A stretch of DNA of 64,000 bases. Source: Lama guanicoe. Taxonomy: Eukaryota. The position numbers were made by a program, and so were the translations under genes. The stretch covers positions 992,001-1,056,000 of the forward strand of contig MU055549.1 in assembly GCA_013239625.1 (NCBI GenBank), read 5' to 3'. Within the stretch, counting starts at the first letter, position 1, and every line of letters starts with the position of its first letter. Below the pieces are notes generated by a model. That model was not told the origin of the DNA. It ran no database searches and saw only the letters and a list, made by a program, of their open reading frames with translations. Positions 12,850 through 24,909 of the stretch are shown here, piece by piece.

Positions 12850-15460
12850 AGACTGCGACCGAGACTCGGCATCTGTCCCTGAAACAGGACCAGCAGGCAT
12901 CCTGGAAGGGAAATGCACACCTGGAGCGCAAAACTGACTGCAAGCAAAAACTCCGTTTTAAAAAATCCCGATTACACATTACAGTACCCCACGGAGGGGG
13001 GCGGCGCGCATGGGCGGCCAGGGAGCCCGGCGGAGGGCGCTCCGGCCAGCTCTCTGCCCCGCCCAGGTCCCAGCGCGCGGCTCTCCTGACGCTGCCTGAC
13101 GTTTCCACATGAAACACCCACTGGCTTTGGGGCCGAGAAAGCAGGAGACAGGCCTCATGGACCCAAAACCACGCGGGCGGAGCATCCGGCCTCAAGTCCA
13201 CAAGGAGTGAAAGGTGAAAAGAACAAAGAGAAGGAAGACGACACAGTCATAGGGTCTAAAATAGATCAATTTGGAGTCCCTGAAAGGGAGGAGAGAGGAC
13301 AGGAGAAAAACAATACTCAAAAAAATAACGGCTGAGAGTTTTCTAAACCTGGTGAAAGATTCAAGCCCACAGACAGCAGTCCTGTACACGCCCAGAAGGT
13401 TAGGGTGAAAAAATTAATTGCAGCTGGGCACAAACCGCTGCAAACCAAAGACAAAGTCTTTGTGACAGGCAGAGAAAAAAAGATGTCACCTTCAAAGGAG
13501 AAAAAGTAAGGATGAAAGTTGACTGTTTAACAAAACTCCTAGGAGCCAGAAGACAGTGGAGGACCATCTTTTAAGTGCTGGGGGGAGGGCTGTAGGGTCG
13601 GGGGAGGGGGATCTGCCCACTTGGGATCCCCCAAACCGAAATAAAGGCAAACGAAGTTCACTTTCAAACCAGCAAGAGCTGAGGGAACTCCCCGTCAGCA
13701 GAGCCATAACCACAAAGACACGACAGCATGAAGAAACTCTAAGCAGTGCTACACACGGAGGGCGAAGGGCGGGGGGCCTGCAGGGGGGTGGGCTGCCCAC
13801 AGCAGCGCCGGTGTCTTCTTTACACACAGGCTGGGGCAGGGAGGTGGCAGGTGGGGCGGACTGCCGTGGGGGCTGGCGGTCTGGGCGTGGTAAAGTTACC
13901 AATGGGCAGGATTAAATCCAGAGCGCATATTATGATCTCTGGGGTGACACCTGAAAGAATCATACAGAAAGCTGCTACTAAAACACTAACAGAAGAGATG
14001 AAACAGAGCAATTTTAAAAATTGCTTAATCTGTCAGGGAGCAGCAAAGGAAGAATAAAGGTACAGAAACATATGAGACACACAGTCAGCAGGATGGGAGA
14101 CTTGAAATTAAAACCAACCCCATGCACAACCGCCTTGAATGGAAGCAGACTGAACACCCTAATCAAAAGACAAGGGTCGGCTGGCTGGAGACACAAGACC
14201 CCACTGCACGACGGTTACATAAGATGTGCTTTAAGTGTAAAGACACACGGAGACTAAAAGTGAAGGGATGGAAGAGGTGTCACGTGACCCTAAGCAAAGC
14301 GGCGGTGGTACATCTGGGTTAACATCCAACAAAACAGACCTTCAGGCAAGAAGATACAAGGAGAGATAAAGAGAAATAGTTCATACTGATGAAAAGTTAA
14401 TCCAACAGGAAGGCAAAAGAACCCTAAATGTGTAGGCATCAAATAACATAGTTCTAAAATACATACAGCAAAAACGACAGAAATAAAGGGAGAGATAAGC
14501 CCACAGGAACCATGGCTGGAAATGGTAACAAACCGGTAACAGCACAGGAGATGTGAGTGATGGGATCGAGCCATCTGACTCCATGTACACAAAACCCTGG
14601 ATCCAACAGCTGTCAGGGAGACTCCGTCCAGTGCACACAGAACGCCGCCCAGCATAAGTCATGTGGTGTTCAGAGAGCACGTCTTCACAGATTGAAAAGG
14701 ACTGGACTCACAATGTGTTCTCCGACGGACGCCCAGACCTGCCAGCCCAGATGAGTCTTCAGACGACACTGCCCCTGCAACCTCATGAGACCCTGAACAG
14801 AAATACCAGCCAAGCTGCTCCCACTCCTGACCCCCAGAAGCTGTGAGAGACAACAAATTTTCATTTATTATCATATATCAATACATTATATATGATAATA
14901 TGTTGTAATTACTTATAATCATTTATTTCTTGCTCATTTTCCAGCTGCTGGAGTAACTTGTTACACAGCAACAGATAACTGACACATTCTCTAGCTTCTT
15001 GAGTTGGAAGCCCAGGTTATTGATTTCACACATTTCTTCTTTTCTGAGGCATGCATTGAAACTGGTAAAGTCCCCTCTGGGCATCAATTAAACCCAAAGA
15101 AAGTTGAAGGCAGGGAAGGCGGAGAGCAGGAATCAGCAACACAGAAACACACAAGAGGAACGTGACCAAGTGAGTTGTTTGAACAGTGGTTGTTGGAAAA
15201 GGTTAACAAAAAGCGCTGAGTCTCCAGCAAGAGGAAGGAAAACAGAGCAAAAGCTCCAACACCAGTAATGAGAAAGGAGACACTGTTACAGGTCGTAAGT
15301 GAGGAAGGGAGCATGAAGACAGCACGAAGAACTTCATGCTGATGGACCTGACACCCTGGATGGAGTGGAAACACTCACCGGAAGACACATTTACCAAAGC
15401 TGATGCAAAAAGAAGTGAACTCTGAAGCGTCCTACGTCCGTTAAAGAAACAGAATCAAAG
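12850..15460 (+). mobile_element. Degraded old L1 (L1M-type ORF1/ORF2 remnants)
   Basis: A-rich plus strand with L1 hallmarks such as ggagtccctgaaagggaggagagag, aataacggctgagagttttctaaacctggtgaaagat and ctaaaagtgaagggatggaagagg. No intact ORF. Boundaries approximate. Confidence 0.7.
14745..14986 (+). mobile_element. MaLR (MLT1-type) LTR, 3' part, nested in the L1
   Basis: gcaacctcatgagaccctgaacaga...ctcctgacccccagaagctgtgagaga...ttgttacacagcaacagataactgacaca is a typical MLT1 3' end. Confidence 0.7.
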
Positions 15461-15792
15461 ATGTTTTCAAGACCAAGCCCACCCTTCACATCCAGCCAGC
15501 CACTCAGTGCAAGACACCAAGTCGCATGGACTCCGGGTGCCCTGGGGGAGGGCACAGGTCTGCGACAGGGGCTGCGGGGGGGCGGGGCGGGCGGCACCTG
15601 GGAAGGATCCCTGGGTAGAGAGGGACAGAGGGGACCTCCCGCTGCAGAGAGTCGAGTCGGTGGTGGAGGCCGGAGGCCGCCTGTGAGCAGGGTGGCAGGT
15701 GGGGAAGGGACACTCAGCTGCAGACACCCAACACACGCTGTCACCTGGACAGGAGGGAAACAGAGCCATGCAGCTGTTCACGGTTTTGTCCT

Positions 15793-15798
15793 TTTAAT
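15793..15798 (-). terminator. Candidate LRRC27 polyadenylation signal ATTAAA
   Basis: tttaat on the plus strand, about 135 nt past the LRRC27 stop codon. Confidence 0.5.
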
Positions 15799-15933
15799 GT
15801 AGGTCACACCTTCCACAGCCCCGGGAGGCGACTCTGCGAAGGCAGGAGCCGCCGGCCCATTTTCCAGGTGGGGAGATTTTCTATCCATACACGTGACACT
15901 CTGTCATTAGTATCTGTAAACCTTTTCAGATCC

Positions 15934-16176
<243 letters not shown>

Positions 16177-17879
16177 TCACCCCATTGGCTGGGCCAGAAA
16201 ACAGTAAAATGAGAATGTGGTGGGCCTCGGTGGGGAGGCGTGCCTCAGTGCAGGGACCTCCCCACCCCCAGGGAGGGCCACTCCTCCGTCCTCTCCTCCC
16301 CTCCCCCTCCTCAGTTCTGTCTCGGGGGGCATAACCTGGATCCCCACAGCCAGCCCAGGCACTGCCGAGGCTCCTCCCCGGCTCCTCCCCTACGGTGTGG
16401 GCCAAACTAACTCAGGGTGTGTGTCACTAGGACCAGGGGGACGTGTGCCACTCATGCTGGAAGCACCTGCTGGCCCGTTTCCTTCCTGTGGAAACCTGTG
16501 TTCTTCATGCACTGACCGCTCCTTTAAAAACACCAACTGTTCCCCGTGCCTGGGCCGTCGTGGAATGCCCCCTCCATCCAAGGATCATACCCTCAGACCC
16601 CATCTCCCCTGGAGGCCCCTGGGCCTGCTGGCGCTCACGTCTGCCCCCTGGTCCCCCCACCTCCCCCCGTGCTGGGAGGACGCACTCCGCCAGTTGCTCT
16701 CCGAGTCCCTGCCGTGCCCACCCTGGTGAGGCCCCTCCGCCCTCGGTCCGGCCTCTGTGTGCGCCCCGCTCCCGCCCTGGACCCAAAGCCCACCAGGATG
16801 CTGAGCCGCGGTGTGGGCTCGGGGCTGCTCCCTGACACCGCCGTGTTTCCTTGCGCATCTCCCTGGTGTCTCAGAGGCCAGGCCTCTCAGTCTGTCCGTG
16901 CCACCTGTCCTGTCTGTTTTCCATCCTTCTTCTCATTTTTGTTCTACTTCCTGGGATTTTGCTCAACTTCATCCACTGATTTAAATGTTTTTTAACTTCA
17001 AAGGAGTTTGGCTGTGTTTCCACTTGACCCTGGGAGTTCTCGGCCCACTGTCTGTGTTTGTAAAGGTTTATTTCTATCACTGCCCAGAGGACTTTCATTC
17101 TAGTTTTCATTTTGTTTCAGACAACGTCTCCCCTTTTCTGGTCAGTCTGTTTGGTCTCTCCTTCACGTAGGGGCTCCCAGCAAAGCTGGGGTCTCCAGCT
17201 CCATCGAGCAGGGAAGAGGCACTGAGACAGGACTAGTTGCTGGGCCGGCCGCTCACTCAGGGTTCCGCGCTCCCATCTCGGCCAGCTGACTTCTCCGGAG
17301 CCGGAGACGGCCCGGTCGGGGAGCGGGAGCCGGGAAACGGGAGCCAGAGCCCGGGGCGTGATGTGACTTCGTGCAGACTCTCCGGGCCTGTGTCTGTGGG
17401 TCCCGAGGAACGAGCCCTCCTCTCAGCCGGAGCGGGGGCTGTGGGCGTGCTGCTGCCCCCCAGTGCTTCTGGAGAAACCCGACGCGGGTTTGCACCTCGG
17501 AAGAGCGCAGACGGGAGGGGAGCGCGGGCCAACGCGGCGGCCCGCACGTCCAAGGCGGCAGCGAGGGGCTGGAGCGCAGGCCCCGGCTGCAGACCGCTCG
17601 GTGACCCTGGGGCATCGCCGCATCGCCTGCGGTCTTGGGCTTCTGACCGCGAGGTGGGGAGCCACCGCCCTCCGCACGGGCAGTGGTGACGGTGCGGGGC
17701 TGGCACGGGAGCAGGCGCTGCAGACGGGCCAGCGCGCCTCCCACGGAGGTCAGTCTCCTTTGGGCCACAGGCTCCTTGTCTGGGCAACGGCATCCCAGCT
17801 CCTTCCTTGGGAAGGGAACACAAGAGCCAGCACCCAGGTTCCATTTCAAAACCAATGTCAGGGTTAGGGTTAGCAGTAT

Positions 17880-20585
17880 TCACACCCAGCAGAGGGGACA
17901 TCGTCACAACTGGGAGCCCACGCTGACGCAGCTCATTGCCCACACACAGTCGGCCTGGGGGCTCACTCCTGGTGCTGTGCATTCTGTGGGTCTGGACAAA
18001 TGTAGTGGCACTGCCCATCAGGACGGCACCATACGCAGGGTCCTTGTGGCCCCCAGACTCCTCCGTGTCCGCCGCCTCGCCCCTCCCCTCAGCCCTGGCA
18101 ACCCTGCTCATTTCACCGTCTCCGTAGGCTGACCCTCCCGAGAACGCCCCAGAGCTGGGCCGGGCAGCAGGCAGCCAGTTCAGATGGGTTTCTTCTGCTC
18201 AGTAACAAGCATTTAAAGATCTTCCGTGTCTTTCGTGGCTTGGCAGCTCATTTCTTTGTGTCTCTGAATAAAATCCCGTTGTCTGGATGGACCAAGGTTT
18301 ATTCATCCGCCCACCTGCTGAAAACATCCTGGTCGCTTCCACATTCTGGTAGTTATGGATAAAGCTGCTGTAAACGTCTGTGTGCAGGTTTTTGTGTGGA
18401 CGTGAGTTTTCAACTCCTTTGCGTGAATACCAAGGGATGCGATGGCTGGACGGGTCACTTGATGAGTAGGTTTAGTCTTGTGAGAAACCATCACACTGTC
18501 TTCCACGGCGGCCGCACGATTTCGCATCCCCGCCCTCCCAGCGCTCCTTACTGGCAGGGCCCCGGCTGCAGCCAGGTGTGGGTGGTGCCACCTCCTTGTG
18601 CTAATCCGCAGCTCCTAAGGCGGGCGTCCCTAATTAGTATCTGTGTGTCTCCTCTGGGAAGGTGTCTGCTCAGATCTGTGGCCTGGTATTTAATTGGGTT
18701 GTTTTCTTTCTGTTGAGTTTTAAGATTTCTTCACATATTTTGGACAATAGTGCTTAACCAGATGTGTCTTCTGTAAATATTTTCTCTCCGTCTGTGGCTG
18801 TCTTATTCTTGACAGTGTCTTTCACGAAGCAGAATTTGTACATTTTAATGAAGTTCAACCTGCCAACTTTTTCTTTCATGCCTTCATGTTCTGTGTAAAA
18901 AGTCATCACCCACTCAGGGTCATCTAGGTTCTCCCTCCGTCGTCTTCTAGAAGCTTTATGGTTTTGCATTTTACACGTAAGTCTGTGACCCACCTTCTTA
19001 CAGCTTCACTGGGGTGTAATTGATACACAAGAAAACTACACATACCCAGCGTATGCAGTCTAAAAGGATGACGCACTTTGAGTTAATTTTTGTGACGCCA
19101 TCAGGTCTGTGTCTGGACTCACATTGTGTGTGTGGCTGTGCAGGTGCCCCTGTCTTTGCTCCACTGTTACCTCTGCTCCTCTGTCAAAGGCCAGCTGACT
19201 ATATTTGTGTGGGTCCGTTTCTGGGCTCTCTGTCTGTTCCATTGATCCATATCCGCCCAGACTTTCACTAACATGACACACGAGCTAGATGCAAAGTCTT
19301 GACATTGGGCGGGGCCCGGCGGGGCCCGCCCTCTGCCTCTGCTCCTCCCCTCCAGGGCTGCTCTGGCTGTTTCGAGTCTTCTGCATCTGTGCATAAGCTG
19401 GAACATCCGTTTGCCAATGTCCACAAAGCCAGTGCTGTGAACCTACGCTGAATCTATAGATCAGTCTGGGGAGAACTGACCCCTCGGCACTACTGAGTCT
19501 TCCTACCCGTGAACATGTACTGTCTCTCCATTTATTTATTCTTCTTCGGTTTCTTTCGTTCAGTTTTGCAGTTTTCCTCACGTAGACTCTGTACCCGTTC
19601 TGCTAGATCGACGCCTTGTACCGTTTTTTCAGTGCTGACATGCCACCTGTCCATCGCTGGCACGTGGGAGGTGATGGACCTCTCCAGGTGAACCCTGTGT
19701 CTTGCTGCCTTCTGCAACTGCTTATCAGTTCCAGGATTTGTTTTTGGTCGATTTGTTGGGACTTTCTACACAGACAATCGTGTCATTTAAAACAAAGCTG
19801 TATCTCCATCTTCTTGATTTGTATTTACTTTCCCTTTCTTGTTGCGTCAGCCAAGATGTCCAGCACGATGCTGAGGAGCAGCAGTGGGAGTGGACTCCTC
19901 CTCTCACACCTGACCTTACAGAAAAGCTTCTGGCCTCTCACCACTCAGTGCGACGTTAGTGTGAGTCTCTGCGGACGCTCTTCAGGCTGAGGAGGCACCT
20001 CGCTGTCCCTGGTTTGCTGACAGCTTTTGTCTCGGGCTTTGATAACTGCTCTTCCTTCCTCTACTGATACAGCCGCACAGTTGCTCTTCTTCAGCCTGTT
20101 GATGTAATGCTTTATTAAACTGGTTTTCAAGTGCGAGCCAGCCTTGCTTGCCTGGGATAAATTCCACTTGCTTGTTGTGCATAATTCTTTCCATACGTTG
20201 TTGGATTTGATCTGCTCGTATTTTGTTGAGGACTTCCGCATCTGTGTTCGTGAGAGAGGCTGCTCTGGAGTCTTCCTCTCGTGTAACGCCCTGGGCTATG
20301 GTATCACGGTGATGCTGGCCTCACAGGATGAGCCACCAAGTGTTCCCTCTGCTTCTATTTTCGGGAGAGACTTAGGAGAGTTCGTATGATCACTCTCTTA
20401 ATTATCTGGTAGACTTCACCAGCAAACCTGCTGGGAAGTTATTAGTTACTGACTCAATTTCTTTAACACACATCCGTCTATTCAGATTGTCCGTTTCTCC
20501 TCGTGTGAGCTTTGGCAGGTAGCGTCTTTCAAGGAATTGGTCCATTTCACGTAGGGCACCAGGTCTGTGAGCACAGAGTTGTTCA
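17880..20585 (-). mobile_element. Old L1 3' region (ORF2 C-terminus / 3'UTR remnant) in LRRC27 intron 10
   Basis: Reverse-strand translations such as KELKTHVHTKTCTQTFTAAL, DQWNRQRAQK, KWRDSTCSRVGRL and QVEFIPGKQGW are decayed L1 ORF2. Confidence 0.85.
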
Positions 20586-21267
20586 CGACGCCGGAGAGAC
20601 TTCTGAGTCTACACTCTGAGCAGTGGGCTGAGACGTGGATGTCCAGAAGCCCCAGGAGGTAGGGTTTTGGGTGTCCAAGAATGAGCTCACTCCCATGAAC
20701 AGATCTGGAGAGAGTAAAGGTTCGCCTGAAGCAGGTGAAACACTCTGGGCCGGAAGGAAAGCGTCTGAGAAGGGGGCTGAGTCTGACCAGGGTGGGGCCT
20801 CCGTGAAGTGAGCAGCCCCTGCCTGCGCTCCCCCCACCACCCCTCCGGCCCCAGGGGAGGGGACATTGTGCCAGGGCCCTTGACGAGCTGTGGGGGTGAG
20901 GCTGCCGCCTCTGGGGCTGCCTCGGTGCAGCCCAGCACAGCAGACCCGGGGCCCTGAGCCACCACCGTCAGGGCGAGACAGTGAGCGGGGGGCCTGGGTG
21001 GTCGGGGAGAACAGGCGAGTCTTCCTGCAGCTGTGAGAGCCAGGGCACAGGGGCGTCGGGCTGGGCCGGAAGGGCCCGTGGAGGCCTGGGCACTCTCGGG
21101 GGGGCAGGGGGGCCGACTGCATCACTCAGGACAGGATGGTGTCTCCTCGGTCTCTGCACTGCTGTGTAACCCCGCACATTTCCCACACACAGCAGCCGCT
21201 GGCGGTGTGGTTTCCTTCAATTTTGAATAAAACCGTGCACCTTCAAGCCGAGCTGACAGGCACCTGC

Positions 21268-21384
21268 CGTCTCCAGGCCCTCGCGGCCCCCCTCACTCCC
21301 CCGAGGGGCGCTAGCCCACGGGACCCGCCTCTCTGGCCGCGCGCTTGCTGCGGCTCTTCTTCCCGGCTCTCCTCCTGGGGGGCA
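21268..21384 (-). CDS. LRRC27: LRRC27 exon 10 (diverged; 3' end at GC donor 21267 or GT donor 21263)
   Basis: Acceptor ctttgccag|TGCC. The ancestral-type frame reads APQEESREEE...GLAPLGGVRGAA and switches frame before EGLET (recalled human ALQERNLEEK...GQAPLEEMRKAAEDLEI). Confidence 0.75.
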
Positions 21385-22627
21385 CTGGCAAAGCCAAGGG
21401 CGATGGGCTAGTCGCGGGGCCTCTCCCATCCCAAGATGGGGGAGGAGCTTCCTCTCCCTCCTTTGGGCCAAACCGCAGTCCCAGGGCGTCGCCAGCGGGC
21501 GGGCGACCTCTCCCCACCCCACCCACGGATGCTGTTTTAAACGCTCCAAGCCCAGGTACCGTGTTACACGCTGAGGACGCTGTGCCGCACGAGGAGAAGG
21601 GGAGTCTTTGCATGTGAAACACACAGTTTTAATGAATCCTCAGACGGAAAGCAGGCACTGCACTGAGCAGGGCTTCAAACACACCCACTCTGCTGGCACC
21701 AGGCCCCCGGGCTCCGGGCCCCTATTCTTTGGTTTTAAATAGGAGCTCCGAGTGGCCCCGGAAGCCCTCGCTCAGAGCTGGGAGTGTGGCGGGAAGGGCG
21801 GCCGGGCCTCCAGTGTCAGGGACACGTGGAGCCTGGTGTGTCCTCTGACTGGGCTCCTGACCGCAGCTCCAACAGCTGCACATCTGTCTGGGTTTCTGCT
21901 CTGAGAATAAAGGCTGAAAGACAGACCACAAGTGTCCTCCACACAGATCAGACCGTGGCCCTTAGGAAAGTCCAGGCCACGGGCCAGGGGTGTCCGTGGA
22001 CAGACATGCTCTGCCGTGGGCTTTCTGAGGGCCCGCGAGGGCGACGTGGGCTCCATAGGGACAGGTGAGAACATCTGAACGCCCTGGACCTCAGTTTAAA
22101 TCACCCACGTGGCTGGGGCTAACCCAGCCTGCAGACCTGTGGCATTTCCTGAGTTCCAGGCCTAAGAGGGATGGCTGGTTCTGCCACCCACCTGTTGCAG
22201 CACGAGGGCTGCTCCAGGCCCTCCGACCATGCTCAGGCTCAGCCCCCGGCAGGAGCAGGGGGCACTTCGCTGCGGTGGGGCAGGAAGGGAGGTGTGGGGA
22301 GGGGTGCGGGGCCCTCTCAGGCGCAGGAGCTCAGAGGTCACCCCACTGGAGTGCAGACACCGGATCAGCATGGTGGGAGTTGTCAGCACAGGGAAAGCAA
22401 GGCCTGCCAGGACCCCGAGCTGCGGGGTTGGGGGAGCTTCTCGGGACCAGGTGCGCACAGCAGGACGGGGTAACTGGACAGAGGCTGCAGTTGCAGCTCT
22501 GAGGGCAGGGAATAAGACTTTCCCACTCTCGGTCCGGTCCCCTCTCTCAGCCGCCTCCTGCTCAGACCAGAGGGGGTGGGGGGGGGTGGCTGGGCCCAGC
22601 AGAACTGAATCAGAACTCGTCACCAAC

Positions 22628-22744
22628 CGCATTCCTTGATTTGCGTGCAGTGATCTCTCTCTGCTTTGTCTCATTTTTCCAGGTGAATTCACGGGTTTTC
22701 TCATTCTGCATCAGATCCGTGGCAAAGGGAATTTTTGATGTCAC
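22628..22744 (-). CDS. LRRC27: LRRC27 exon 9 (117 nt; apparent 2-nt deletion near 22696)
   Basis: Acceptor ttttccag|GTG. Reads VTSKIPFATDLMQNEK, then PVNSPGKMRQSRERSLHANQGM in a different frame (recalled human [39 protein letters not shown]). Donor CG|GTTGGT. Confidence 0.88.
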
Positions 22745-24909
22745 CTGGAAAATGCAACAAGATGGTCAAGTATCCAAGAACACACAGCTGTTGACACCCC
22801 TCTGACCTCTGGGTGCAGCACACGCAGACCCCCGTGCCCCAGACACTGTGGTCACCAGCCCTTGGCCTGGGCTCACTGTCACCTGCTCCGGGCCCTGGGC
22901 TGGCCAGCTGATGGGGGACGAGGCCAGAGCTTGGGACACGGGGCAGAGTGGGCGGTTCCTGCCTCAGCCCAGGTACCAGCACAACAGACCGAACACACCG
23001 TCCAGGGCCCAAGCCTCTCACTCAGACTTGACTGTACCTCCTCACTAAGTCATGCCAACACGTCAGCGCTAACACCTGGCAGGAGAGAAGGCCTCGCACT
23101 CAGAAAACCTGTAACAGAGACTCACGGGGCTTCAGTCAGTGACACGGCGAAGCAGCACAAATAAACTGAAAGTTTGCAACAGAGAGTTCAGTGCGGCTTT
23201 TCAAGGTGTCTGTGATGCCCAGGGAAGACAGGTGCCTCCCGCGCGTGCGTGGACACAGCCAGAGCTCAGCCGTGTCTGCTCACTAGCCCCCCGGCCCGCC
23301 TCAGAGGTGAGGGCAGGCCCCAGGGACCCCATGAGCTCCGGACGGCAGGTCCCAGACACGCCCGCCACCCTGTGACTGCCCAGTGTCAACTACAGAACAT
23401 CTCCTCCTCCCTCCCCAGCAGCTGCGACAGGCGCTACGGGGGAGGAGGTGGCCGGGGAGGCTGGCTGTGGACGGAGGGGGCAGCGGGAGACAGGGTGGGG
23501 GCTGATGTGTTTTGGGATGCTCTCTGTAAGAATTCACTGACCTCTTATTTAGAAAGTGACAAATTCCTTAAAACTTCCATAGCATTACATAAATTATGTT
23601 TAAGTTGCCCTACAAACACTAGAAAATTCACTATTTCTGGCCTGCCCAGACTGAGCGGGTCTCATTGGATTTCATCTACCGCCTCAATGTCTGTCCTCCA
23701 TCTCCTGCAGATCCCCCCTCTCCCCAGCTCCCGGTCTGCCGGGTTGTCTCTCTGTAACCTTCGTCTCCCCTCCTCCCTCCTTGGGCCTGGGCTGCACCTG
23801 GATGTCCGGCAGGAGCTCCAGGCTCCCCTATGCAGACTCCCACCTCCGTGTGCTCCCCTCTGGACTGGCCCTGCTGCTGAGGGCGGAGGCCGGCCCATGG
23901 CTCTCATGCTCTGCTGGGGGCGTCCTTATGAGACCGGGGCTCAGTCCGCTCGCCTGGGCTCCTCGGAACCTGTGTGGCCCCGGCCCTCTGTCCCCTCCCA
24001 CCCCAGGCACCAGGGACATGACTGGAAACACGGCAGGGCCCTCGACCGGCACCGCCACTGCTGCCCAGACCCTGGACCAGTCTGGGAACCAGGCTGACCC
24101 CTCCCCACCTCAGGGAGCCTGGGGCCTGTGCCTGTGTGTCTGCACGTATGAGGGAGGGGCACACCCCTGGGGCAACTGAGAGCAGGATGGAGGGGGCTGG
24201 GGCAAGTGTGGGTGTGGGGAGCAGGCTGGGGGCCGGGGTACTGAACCACCTACCAGGTCACCGTTAAGTGGATCAGCAGGGCAGGACCCGTCTGTCTGCG
24301 TCATCAGCCTTGAGTCTTAGAAGGTGCTTAACACCGCGTGGCGGGGGGAGGAGTGGGAGCAGAAACCACCGGCTGACCTCTCCCCCCGCCCCAGGACGCT
24401 GCCAGGCGGCAGATGCAGCAGAATTAAAGCTGTCTGCAGACTGTCTGGAGGCAGGCACACGTCCATTGACCAGGGTTCTCCTACTAAACAGATTCTAACA
24501 GGAGAAAGACAGACGCTAAATTCGGCAGGTGTCCTTTTAAAGCCAGACATTGAATCTTATTTTACTGTCAAGAGGCGGAGGAGGGAGGAGGACGGTGCCG
24601 CCCCGAGCTCCATGTGTTGAGTGCCGAGCGCACGGTCATGCTCTTCAGGCCAGTGAGACGGACTCAGAGGTCACTGGCAAAGCTGCTGGGCTCAGGGCCT
24701 CATGAAGAAGGAAAATGCAGTGCTTTTCAGAAAGCAGGTGTCAAGGGGCTCAGGACGCAGCTACTGCCCCCGGTTCTGCAGGCGACACCGAAACCCACTG
24801 AGGTGAGTCGTGAACACGCACGCGCCCGTGACCTGGCTGCTTCACTCCCACGAGACGGGCCACCGGAGCTGTGCCAAGAACGTGTGTTTTCACTTTGATC
24901 GGCATTCTT

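Noticed and set aside
17857-17873. gtcagggttagggttag telomere-like hexamers
   Set aside because: Fewer than three units, which is expected by chance.
21480-21580. LERLKQH peptide resembling LEEKIKQH of LRRC27
   Set aside because: Short chance match with no continued alignment or usable splice sites.
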